In this document: positions 43,725 through 52,007 of the stretch, piece after piece
Layout: each line of letters begins with the position of its first letter
How positions within the stretch are numbered: position 1 is the first letter of the stretch
NCBI GenBank assembly: GCA_035651975.1
Contig: DASREQ010000069.1
Coordinates: forward strand, 3,235 to 67,234
DNA: 64,000 nucleotides
Direction: 5' to 3'
Source of the DNA: Candidatus Udaeobacter sp.
Lineage (GTDB): Bacteria > Verrucomicrobiota > Verrucomicrobiia > Chthoniobacterales > UBA10450
The notes under the pieces: generated by a model
Told to the model about the DNA's origin: nothing
The model's database searches: none
Seen by the model: the letters and a program-made list of their open reading frames with translations, nothing else
Position numbers and translations under genes: made by a program

Positions 43725-43803
43725 AAAAAAATCTAAGAGCAAATACTGGAAAGGCAAGCTGCCGCGTTGTGTCGTGACTCATTAACTCGTCACACCGCCA
43801 CGT

Positions 43804-43851
43804 CGGTTTTTCGTTTTATCGTTTCAACGCTTTAACGATTCAACGTGGCGA
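43804..43851. repeat. octanucleotide-periodic array (CGnTTnAA-like)x6 in the UBact/LysM divergent region
   Basis: CGGTTTTT CGTTTTAT CGTTTCAA CGCTTTAA CGATTCAA CGTGGCGA. The CG dinucleotide recurs at an exact 8-nt period. Confidence 0.8.
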
Positions 43852-43895
43852 AGCCGCTTGCCAGACAAATCCGCTGATGGCAAACTTTTGCCCCG

Positions 43896-44375
43896 ATGAA
43901 GCTCGCATTGATTTTTTGTGTGACACTGCTTTTCGGGTCGCTTTGCACTGCGTCTGCGCAGACGGATGCGCCAAAGTCTCGCAAATCAGATGATGCTACT
44001 CAACTTGAAGCGCTGGCCAAAAAGATAGACGAACAGAATGCCAAGATTGACGCGCTTTCGCAGGAGATCCTCAAGCTGGAACAACAAATCGCACACATGC
44101 GACCGGGCGTAATGATTGGAGAAAGCACGCCCTCGGCAGCCAGTCCGGCCGCAGCCGCCGGGGCCGCGTCTTCACCACGTCCGGCTGGCGCAAATACGCA
44201 CATCGTCGCACGCGGTGAGACGCTCACTTCCATCGCCAAAATGTACAAGGTTACCGTGGACGAATTGCAAAATGCCAATCATATCGAAGATGGCCGCAAG
44301 CTGCAGGCCGGACAGACCATCATTATTCCGGCCGCGTCGCCGGCGGCTTCCAGTTCGCCATCCCCAACAGAATAG
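43896..44375 (+). CDS. LysM domain-containing protein
   Basis: Signal peptide, a coiled-coil, an Ala/Ser/Pro linker and LysM (HIVARGETLTSIAKMYKVTVDELQNANHIEDGRKLQAGQTIIIP). Confidence 0.8.
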   Translation: MKLALIFCVTLLFGSLCTASAQTDAPKSRKSDDATQLEALAKKIDEQNAKIDALSQEILKLEQQIAHMRPGVMIGESTPSAASPAAAAGAASSPRPAGANTHIVARGETLTSIAKMYKVTVDELQNANHIEDGRKLQAGQTIIIPAASPAASSSPSPTE

Positions 44376-44380
44376 GGCTC

Positions 44381-44929
44381 GTGAATCAAAGTTGGTTTCT
44401 GCGCAAACACGAAGATGGAAGCACCTTTGGCCCGGTGCGTTTTGATCAAATCGCGCGCTGGGCAGCAGCGGCGCAAATCGCCCCGCACGATATGCTTTCC
44501 AACGACCGGCAGACCTGGGTGAAAGCGCCGATGCTGCCCCAGCTCGGTATGGACTGGTTGGTGGAGCTCACCAGCGAGCATTATTACGGACCAACAACTT
44601 TGGGCGCCCTCCAGGAATTTATTCGGCTGGGCGAAATCGACGGTGAAACTCTTGTTATCAACACCCGCAACGGCGCGCGTTCCAAGATTCAGGAAATGCC
44701 ACAGTTGTGGGAGACGGGACAAGCGGACGCCGCAGATGCCCAGACCGAAATTCAACTGGGCGATCCTGTTGGACCGACAGTGGCGAGAATGTCGATTCGT
44801 CTCCAAGAGCAGATTCGTGATCTCGAGCAGAGCTTGGAAGAAGAGCGCCGCGCCCTGATGGAAGCCGAGCGACGATACGCTGAGCTAAAACAACAATACG
44901 AAGCGGCCATTCAGCGGGCTGGAATGTAA
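44381..44929 (+). CDS. GYF_2 (DUF4339)-like repeat protein with C-terminal coiled-coil
   Basis: Two W...(D/E)G...GP......(L/I)......G.I copies (WFLRKHEDGSTFGPVRFDQIARW and HYYGPTTLGALQEFIRLGEIDGETLV). GTG start. Confidence 0.55.
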   Translation: MNQSWFLRKHEDGSTFGPVRFDQIARWAAAAQIAPHDMLSNDRQTWVKAPMLPQLGMDWLVELTSEHYYGPTTLGALQEFIRLGEIDGETLVINTRNGARSKIQEMPQLWETGQADAADAQTEIQLGDPVGPTVARMSIRLQEQIRDLEQSLEEERRALMEAERRYAELKQQYEAAIQRAGM

Positions 44930-44991
44930 GCGGATTGCACACCGCTGCTTTTCCCGTTGCTGCCCGGATTGAACCCGCAGAAGCTCCTATC

Positions 44992-46887
44992 TCAGCAGAT
45001 TGGCAATTGTTCCTCTGCTTCGGGCGTCTGGGCGGCGGGAAGCTGTGCGGGCGACTCTGTTTCCCGTGGCGGCGAAGTTTCGAGCAAACTTTGCCGGCAT
45101 AGCCGCGCATATTTTCCGTCGAGCGCCAGCAATTCGTCGTGTGTGCCGCGCTCGATAATCCGGCCATGATCGAGTACCAGAATTTGGGTCGCATGCACAA
45201 TCGTGGAAAGCCGGTGCGCGATGACAATCGATGTGCGGTTTGCCATCAGGCGCTCCAGCGCTTCCTGGATCAAACGCTCGGTCGCAGTATCGACACTTGC
45301 TGTTGCTTCATCGAGAATCAAAACTGGTGGATCTTTCAACAGCGCTCGGGCAATAGAGAGGCGTTGTTTTTCGCCTACGCTCAATTTCACTCCTCGCTCG
45401 CCCACCACGCTTTCCAACCCGTCTGGTAAGCGTTGGATAAAATGCTGCGCGTTTGCTGCGACCACCGCGCGCCATAATTCGGCGTCGGCCGCTCGCGGTT
45501 TTCCCATAAGAAGGTTTTCGCGGATCGATCCGTTGAACAAAAAACTTTCCTGCGTCACCACACCGATCGCCTCGCGCAATGCGCGCAGGTCATATTCGCG
45601 AATCGGTTTCCCGTCGATGTAGATTTGTCCACTGGTGAATTCATAGAAACGCACGAGCAGATTCACCAGTGTCGACTTACCCGCGCCGGTTGCGCCCACC
45701 AGCGCCACGGTCGCGCCTGGCGGTGCGTGAAAGCAAACATTCCTTAGCGCGGGCAATCCGTCCACGTAGCTGAAGCTGACGTCCTGATAGCGAATATCTC
45801 CCACGATGTGTGTGCTTTGGGCGGAAACCTTGTAGGGCGTTTCTGTGAAACGCCGAACCACAGCCCTGGCGTCTGACACAGACGCCCTACAATTGTCGTC
45901 CGACAGATATTTCTGTTGATCGCGACAACCCGGCTCGACGGGTTCATCGAGAATTTCAAATACGCGCTCGCCTGCCGCGCGCCCGGCCTGCACGAGTTGA
46001 TTGAGCTGATGTAACCGGCTCAGGGGATCGTAGAGAAACGCGATTAGCATTAAAAACGCGACCAGATCGCCGATCTGCATCGAACCGCTCAGGACCGCGC
46101 GACTGCCAAACCCCAGTACCAGTAGAGCGCCAATCGATTCAACCAGCGACATCGACGGGCTGTAAATCGCCCATACGCGCATCACCACGAGTGTGGCTCG
46201 TCTTAATTGGTCGCTTACCCTGTCAAACCGCGTGTGCTCTTCGTTCTCACGTGCAAAACTTTTGATCTGCCGGACGCCGGCCAGATTGTCGTGTAGCAGC
46301 GCGTTCATGTCTGAGGAGGCCCGGCGCTGCAAACGATACCGCCGATGGGCAGTCAGCGTGTACGTGAGCGTGCCGGCGACAAGTAACGGGAAGGGCACGA
46401 GCGCGAGCAACGCCAGCTTCGCGTCCAGATAAAACATCATGCCTATGACGATGAGTACCTGCAGAATGGCGACGACGCCCTGCTCGATTCCGTCAATCAA
46501 TACACGCTCGACCGAGTTGACGTCCTCAATCACGCGCGTCATCAGGTCGCCGGTGGCGCGGTTATCGAACCACCGCAGCGGCAGCAACTGGATGTGCGAA
46601 TACAAATCGCTGCGCAAATCGAAAATCACTTTTTGCTCAAACGTGTTGTTCAACACAATGCGCAGCGCATTGAACCCGTGCTGGAGAAGAAATGCGATCG
46701 CGGCAAGCGCGATTAGCGGCAGCAATTTGTCCGGACGATGTGCGCGTACGACGTCGTTGATGATCCATTTCGTGGTCGCGGGGAAAACAATCACCATCAG
46801 CGTGCTCAGGATGGCACACGTCAATGTCCCGGCGGCCATCCAAGGATACCGCTTCAAGTAAGCAAAAACGCGCCAAACGGTTTTCAT
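44992..46887 (-). CDS. ABC transporter, fused permease/ATP-binding protein (MsbA-like type I exporter)
   Basis: Six-TM domain, Walker A GATGAGKST, signature LSVGEKQR, Walker B ILILDEATS and H-loop IAHRL. It carries a REPIN-derived in-frame insertion between the TMD and NBD. Confidence 0.92.
   Translation of the reverse strand: MKTVWRVFAYLKRYPWMAAGTLTCAILSTLMVIVFPATTKWIINDVVRAHRPDKLLPLIALAAIAFLLQHGFNALRIVLNNTFEQKVIFDLRSDLYSHIQLLPLRWFDNRATGDLMTRVIEDVNSVERVLIDGIEQGVVAILQVLIVIGMMFYLDAKLALLALVPFPLLVAGTLTYTLTAHRRYRLQRRASSDMNALLHDNLAGVRQIKSFARENEEHTRFDRVSDQLRRATLVVMRVWAIYSPSMSLVESIGALLVLGFGSRAVLSGSMQIGDLVAFLMLIAFLYDPLSRLHQLNQLVQAGRAAGERVFEILDEPVEPGCRDQQKYLSDDNCRASVSDARAVVRRFTETPYKVSAQSTHIVGDIRYQDVSFSYVDGLPALRNVCFHAPPGATVALVGATGAGKSTLVNLLVRFYEFTSGQIYIDGKPIREYDLRALREAIGVVTQESFLFNGSIRENLLMGKPRAADAELWRAVVAANAQHFIQRLPDGLESVVGERGVKLSVGEKQRLSIARALLKDPPVLILDEATASVDTATERLIQEALERLMANRTSIVIAHRLSTIVHATQILVLDHGRIIERGTHDELLALDGKYARLCRQSLLETSPPRETESPAQLPAAQTPEAEEQLPIC
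45832..45890. repeat. REPIN-type double hairpin (copy B) inside the ABC exporter CDS
   Basis: GTAGGGCGTTTC-tgt-GAAACGCC, then 13 nt, then GGCGTCTG-aca-CAGACGCCCTAC. GTAG heads occur on both strands. Confidence 0.88.
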
Positions 46888-47033
46888 TGCGCACTCAACC
46901 TCAATGCGCGTGTTATTACGTCAAGGCAAGCACGGGTGATCGCTTCCAATTTCCTTAGGCTCAATTAGTGCTGGGCCGCCCCTTAACTTTATGCTTGCCA
47001 ATCAAGACGCGGGGAGTCAAACCAGCAGGTGCT

Positions 47034-47453
47034 ATGAAAACCCGATCTGGAACATTCGTATTCAAACTCGGAATTCTGTTAGCAACCGTCACCGTTTCGA
47101 TCGTGCTCATTTGCGCGTGTGAACTCTCACCGGTCCAAGCGACGGAGAAAACACCCCTTCTGATCATTATGGCCGAACCGGGCGTGGCAGTCAGAGCCCC
47201 TTCACAGGCTGTTGAAACGGCTTTCAAGAAGCTAATCGGAAAACACGGCGAAAACGTGTGTAACGTGGATTATTACGACAAGGACCAGCACAAGCTTTGG
47301 CACCAGGGCAATCGGAGCCTGACCATGACACATGCAGTGCGTTCCAAGGCCGCTGAGAGCTCCACACCTGCAGATCCAACTAATCTTATGCAGAGGGTGG
47401 CTTTTGACACCCTTGATGAGAGCCAAACGTTCTTCTCCACAATAAATCAATAA
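47034..47453 (+). CDS. hypothetical secreted/lipid-anchored protein
   Basis: ATG 47034 is preceded by AGGTG. An N-terminal hydrophobic segment (FVFKLGILLATVTVSIVLICAC) is followed by 110 aa with no recognised family. The ORF is open from GTG 46968. Confidence 0.4.
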   Translation: MKTRSGTFVFKLGILLATVTVSIVLICACELSPVQATEKTPLLIIMAEPGVAVRAPSQAVETAFKKLIGKHGENVCNVDYYDKDQHKLWHQGNRSLTMTHAVRSKAAESSTPADPTNLMQRVAFDTLDESQTFFSTINQ

Positions 47454-47509
47454 CAGTTTTTTCTTCCGCACAGCCCGATTTGAAACTGCGGCTCGGACGG
47501 TGGAACAGG

Positions 47510-48127
47510 ATGAGCTTAGGCAAAAAGCGCGCTTACCTAGCAGGCCTTGCCCTTCAGCTATTTCTGATCTTCAGCGTTTCAACGCGTGACACTTTCTGGC
47601 TCCTTTCAAACAGCCGAACTGTTGTCCCGGAGCCGTCCAAGAACTTTTGGAGAAAAGCCGAGCAGACCGCATCGACACCGTTAGCACAACGGTTGCCGCG
47701 TTCGAACCCGGTCCGCCAGATTTTGAATGGGTATCTGAATCTTTCTGGAATCGAGGTCGGATACGGTTTCTTCGCGCCAAACGTAGCAAATAGTTACAAA
47801 CTGGTATTCGAACTTCGCTTTCCAGACGGGCGCGTTGAATACGAACTACCGCGCGTCGCCAACGCGGCATCCGTCCTGCGGGTGGCCGGTTTGTTGGACC
47901 AGATTGGGCGCACGCGTTCCGAGGCGTTTCGTCAAACGATGGTCAGGATGCTGGCTGACGCGGTGTGGCGAGAGCACGGGGAGGCAACAATGATTCGCGC
48001 GATCTTTGGATCGGTAATCTTGCCAAGCGCGTCAGAATTCGCCCAGGGAAAAAGGGAATCATACCAATTCCTTTATGCCTACGACTTCAGCGTTAGCCAG
48101 AACCCAACTGAGCAAAGCGCTCCGTGA
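47510..48127 (+). CDS. hypothetical membrane-anchored protein, possible SdpA-like partner of the HTTM protein
   Basis: N-terminal TM helix (AYLAGLALQLFLIFSV) and GYGFFAPNV, reminiscent of the W/G-FFAP motif I recall in SdpA/DUF5819-type HTTM partners. Its stop overlaps the next start (GTGA 48124-48127). Confidence 0.4.
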   Translation: MSLGKKRAYLAGLALQLFLIFSVSTRDTFWLLSNSRTVVPEPSKNFWRKAEQTASTPLAQRLPRSNPVRQILNGYLNLSGIEVGYGFFAPNVANSYKLVFELRFPDGRVEYELPRVANAASVLRVAGLLDQIGRTRSEAFRQTMVRMLADAVWREHGEATMIRAIFGSVILPSASEFAQGKRESYQFLYAYDFSVSQNPTEQSAP

Positions 48128-49071
48128 AGAAATTGTCGACATGGCAAGAACGACTGATCGATTTCTGTTTTCCGGGCGAGTCTGATTGGTGGCTGACGGT
48201 CTTAAGAACCGGTCTTGGTCTTGGGGTCGTCCTTTATGCCGTGTCCCTGCGAGACGATTGGAATTATCTCCTGGCAGGAACAGGCCATGGGCTGATTAGC
48301 CGAAATCTCGGGGAAGCAATTCTCACTCTGGAAAGCCATTTGGTTCCCACACTGGGATGGTTCGTTACTCTTGGGACGCGCTTTGGCTTGCACGAAGAGA
48401 CAGTCCTTGCCGTTGCGTGGGTTTGTTTACTCACTTCCGGATGCGGTCTTCTTATAGGGCTTGCCTCTCGAGTCTCGGCGATTGGGGCGTGGTTTCTTCA
48501 CCTGTGCGCAGCCAAGAGCGGTGGGTTCGTGTCGTATGGGGTGGATAACTTCATGACCATCGGCCTCTTCTACTTGATGTTATCGCCGCTTCCGGATCGA
48601 TATTCTCTCGACTGGCGGATACGAAAACTGCGATCAAGGGATCCACAGCTTGTGGGTTTTTGGCGTAGGGTTCTTCAACTTCATTTGTGTGCCATCTACT
48701 TTTTCAGTGGCCTCGCGAAGTGTCTCGGCAGCGGATGGTGGGATGGTTCCAATATGTGGCGCGCTCTCATTCGTCCGCCTTTCAACATCATCGATCCCGA
48801 GATACTTGTAAGATGGAGATACCTGTTCCCAATCGCCGGGATCTTGATTTGTTTGTTGGAAATTGGATATCCATTTTTTATTTGGAACGGGAAGATGAGA
48901 GCGATTTGGCTGACTGGTATCTGCGCAATGCACGTCGGGATTGGCCTCACCATGGGGATGTATATTTTCGCGTTCATCATGATCATTCTTAATCTGGCAG
49001 CATTCGGCCCGGGTCTTGTCTCAACAGAGCTGCGAACGTATCAAGCTGCGGCTGCAGGAAGGGGCTCGTAA
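48124..49071 (+). CDS. HTTM-domain (vitamin K-dependent gamma-carboxylase-related, SdpB-like) integral membrane protein
   Basis: 315-aa polytopic protein. It starts with ...LTVLRTGLGLGVVLYAVSL and later has ...YGVDNFMTIGLFYLMLSP... and ...YFFSGLAKC...WWDGS.MW, consistent with my memory of HTTM/SdpB proteins. Not verified by search. Confidence 0.55.
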   Translation: MKKLSTWQERLIDFCFPGESDWWLTVLRTGLGLGVVLYAVSLRDDWNYLLAGTGHGLISRNLGEAILTLESHLVPTLGWFVTLGTRFGLHEETVLAVAWVCLLTSGCGLLIGLASRVSAIGAWFLHLCAAKSGGFVSYGVDNFMTIGLFYLMLSPLPDRYSLDWRIRKLRSRDPQLVGFWRRVLQLHLCAIYFFSGLAKCLGSGWWDGSNMWRALIRPPFNIIDPEILVRWRYLFPIAGILICLLEIGYPFFIWNGKMRAIWLTGICAMHVGIGLTMGMYIFAFIMIILNLAAFGPGLVSTELRTYQAAAAGRGS

Positions 49072-49178
49072 ATTAGCGGGAAACGAGCATTCATTTGGGT
49101 GCAGGCTCTCGTCCGGGCAAATGCCCATTTCCTATCGACTACCGCGACCACCGCTGTTAGAATCCGTAGTACTAAAGG

Positions 49179-51635
49179 GTGAACCCGCAAGACACGCCCG
49201 CGGAACCGACGCCCGATCTTCATCTCGAGATTGCACATCTGCTGTTAATCGACGTGGTCGGTTATTCAAGACTGCTCGTGAACGAGCAGGTTGAATTACT
49301 GCAAGAGCTAAAGCAGATGGTGAGGAGTACCGAATGCTTTCGCGCTGCGGAAGCAAGAGGCGAACTCATCCGGGTGCCTACCGGCGATGGAATGGCGCTC
49401 GTTTTCTTCCACAGTCCGGAAGAACCGGCCCGGTGTGCGCTCGAGATTAGCAGAGCGTTGCAAGATCATCCGAGGATACAGCTGCGGATGGGAGTTCACA
49501 GCGGCCCGATCAACCGAGTCACGGACGTTAATGAGAAAGCGAACATAGCCGGTCCCGGAATCAATGTGGCGCAGCGAGTGATGGATTGCGGTGATGCCGG
49601 GCATATTCTGTTGTCCGCCCACGTGGCGGAGGATCTGTGTCAATACCGGCATTGGCAACCGTGCTTGCATGATCTCGGTGAATGCGAAGTCAAATACGGG
49701 ATGCGGCTCCACTTGTTCAACCTCTACAAAGATGGCTTGGGCAATCCGCAAGTCCCTGAGAAACTCCGGCGCGGAAGAAGAAGACCCGCGTCCGCTGTTA
49801 GCGTTCGTCCGGTCATTACGCCCCGTTGGCCCAAGTATGTGCTTACTGCTGTTTTGCTCCTTTCAGCGGTGGCTTTGGCGATCAGCTTCTCATTCTTTTA
49901 CCGACGAGGCTCACCGGCGGTTGCACGCTCCTCCTCGGTGAAAGCCACCGTTGTAGGACTTCCTATTCCGGAAAAAAGCATCGCGGTTCTTCCCTTCGAA
50001 AACCGGAGCGAAGACAAAGCGAACGCTTACTTCGCAGAGGGTATCCAGGACGAGATTCTGACGCGCTTATCCAAGATTGCCGATCTAAAGGTGATCTCGC
50101 GCACATCCACGCAGCATTACAAAAGCGCGCCGGGAAACCTCCCTGAGATTGCAAAACAGCTTGGCGTCGCCCACATCCTGGAAGGCAGCGTGCAGAAGAG
50201 CAGCGGCGCCGTGCGCGTAAACGTGCAGCTGATTAAAGCTGCCAATGATTCCCATCTTTGGGCTGATACCTTTGATCGCAAGCTGACCGATATCTTTTCC
50301 GTCGAGACTGAGGTGGCCAAGGCGATCGCCGACCAGTTGCGAGCGCACATCACCGGTCAGGAAGAGCAAGAGATCGCTGCTAAACCGACGGACAATCCCG
50401 AAGCCTACGATGCCTACTTGCGTGGGTTGGCTTATACACTGAAAACGACAACTTCACCCGCCAACGCCCTTGCCGCACAGAAATATCTGAGAGAAGCGGT
50501 GCGGTTGGACCCGAAGTTCGCCCTGAGTTGGGCTCTGTTGTCATACGCGGATGCGGTTGGTTACATCGTACAGAGTCTTCAACCAACAGTCGCCCTCCGT
50601 GAAGAGGCACGGCAGGCAGCCGAAACCGCGCTCACTCTTCAGCCCCATCTCGGCGAGGCCGTGTTGGCAAAGGGCTATTACCACTACGCCTGCCTCAAGG
50701 ATTACGACACCGCGGTGCGTTACTTTGAGCAAGCGCGTCCGCTTCTGCCCAATAGCAGCCGGATTCCTGAATCGCTGGCCTATCTCACGCGGAGGCGAGG
50801 CCAGTGGGACCGGAGCGAGTCGTACTTCAACGAAGCCGAGCGCCTCGACCCGCGCAACGTCAACCTCCTCGGCGAGCATGCGGGATCCTACATCATGCTT
50901 CGTCATTCCGCCGAAGCGCTACGGAAGCTTGATCAGGTTCTCGATATCACACCGGACGACGTCGATACCCTCGCGATTAAGGCGGCTCTCGCACAAGCCG
51001 AGGGCGACCTGCCGCGGGCTGCTGCACTACTAGCTCCGCTCCATCCGAACGCCGACGACTCCTATGCGTTGGAAACACAAGTTTACCAAGAGATCTTGGA
51101 GCGCCGCCCTGCACAATTCACCTCTCGGCTAAAGGAATTACTTACCAAGCCTGATCCAGCGCTGGGTTATTTGAATGGCGAACTGCGCTTTTGGCTAGGC
51201 TGGGCACAAGAAGTCGCTGGCGACCATGCCGCAGCCCAGGCAAGTTGGAGCCAGGCGCGCAGCGAGCTGGAATCTCTTCTCAAAGAACAACCGGAAAATT
51301 GTCAGCTGATTGGCGATCTCGCGCTTACCAATATGGCCTCGGGCGACAAAGCCGCCGCGTTGGCTCTGTCGGAACGGGCCATGGCCGCGCTGCCGATCGA
51401 AAAAGATGCGGTGACCGGTCCCATTCCGATAGAGATCCTGGCCCGGGTCGCGGCGCAGCTGGGAGAGCCCGACCGCGCCATCGCCGCTTTACAGAAACTA
51501 TTCTCGATACCATCCGCTGGCGCTTTCCCTGCGGGTCCGCTCACCCCAGCGCTGCTCCGGTTGGATCCGATGTTCGATCCGCTTCGGAATGATCCGCGTT
51601 TCCAAAAGCTCGCATCGAACGCGCAAAGGCATTAG
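49179..51635 (+). CDS. class III adenylate/guanylate cyclase domain - TM - TolB-N-like - TPR repeat protein
   Basis: N-terminal cyclase homology domain (LLIDVVGYSRL...PTGDGMALVFF...RMGVHSGP), one TM segment, IAVLPFENRSEDKANAYFAEGIQDEILTRLSKI and then about 400 aa of TPR-like repeats. GTG start. Confidence 0.85.
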   Translation: MNPQDTPAEPTPDLHLEIAHLLLIDVVGYSRLLVNEQVELLQELKQMVRSTECFRAAEARGELIRVPTGDGMALVFFHSPEEPARCALEISRALQDHPRIQLRMGVHSGPINRVTDVNEKANIAGPGINVAQRVMDCGDAGHILLSAHVAEDLCQYRHWQPCLHDLGECEVKYGMRLHLFNLYKDGLGNPQVPEKLRRGRRRPASAVSVRPVITPRWPKYVLTAVLLLSAVALAISFSFFYRRGSPAVARSSSVKATVVGLPIPEKSIAVLPFENRSEDKANAYFAEGIQDEILTRLSKIADLKVISRTSTQHYKSAPGNLPEIAKQLGVAHILEGSVQKSSGAVRVNVQLIKAANDSHLWADTFDRKLTDIFSVETEVAKAIADQLRAHITGQEEQEIAAKPTDNPEAYDAYLRGLAYTLKTTTSPANALAAQKYLREAVRLDPKFALSWALLSYADAVGYIVQSLQPTVALREEARQAAETALTLQPHLGEAVLAKGYYHYACLKDYDTAVRYFEQARPLLPNSSRIPESLAYLTRRRGQWDRSESYFNEAERLDPRNVNLLGEHAGSYIMLRHSAEALRKLDQVLDITPDDVDTLAIKAALAQAEGDLPRAAALLAPLHPNADDSYALETQVYQEILERRPAQFTSRLKELLTKPDPALGYLNGELRFWLGWAQEVAGDHAAAQASWSQARSELESLLKEQPENCQLIGDLALTNMASGDKAAALALSERAMAALPIEKDAVTGPIPIEILARVAAQLGEPDRAIAALQKLFSIPSAGAFPAGPLTPALLRLDPMFDPLRNDPRFQKLASNAQRH

Positions 51636-51684
51636 TAGGGTGGCAAAAGGGTGAACGCTTAAGATACGTCCGCTGAGCCGGAGC

Positions 51685-51925
51685 CAGATTAATCAGGGCG
51701 GCCAATGATTTCCAGCTTTGGGCCGATACCTTTGATCGCAAAGTAACCGACACCTTTTCCGTTGAGAGTGAGGTGGCCAAAGCCATCGCCGATCAATTGC
51801 GCGCGAAGCTCACCGGTCAGGAAGAAGAGGACATCGCCGCCAAACCGACGGACAATCCTGAAGCGTATGATGCCTACAGTGCGGTTGGACCCGAAGTTCG
51901 CCTTAGTTGGGCGCTCCTGTCATCG
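51685..51925 (+). pseudogene. decayed internal fragment of a cyclase-TPR paralog
   Basis: DNA is alignable to 50226-50548 of the upstream gene (peptides VAKAIADQLRAKLTGQEEEDIAAKPTDNPEAYDAY and LSWALLS recur). It has an internal deletion of about 80 nt and a 1-nt indel, and it lacks any N- or C-terminal gene parts. Confidence 0.75.
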
Positions 51926-52007
51926 ATCACGCCAAAAGAACGAAGTAGGAGACAGCTCCCCGACGAAACGAGTGTTGCTCTCAGCGCCAGCGCTGCAATC
52001 TTGCCCT

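Noticed and set aside
46900-49100. Genomic island or mobile element containing the HTTM cassette
   Set aside because: I can see only a slight drop in GC by eye. There is no integrase, transposase, tRNA target or flanking direct repeats, so island status is not supported from this window.
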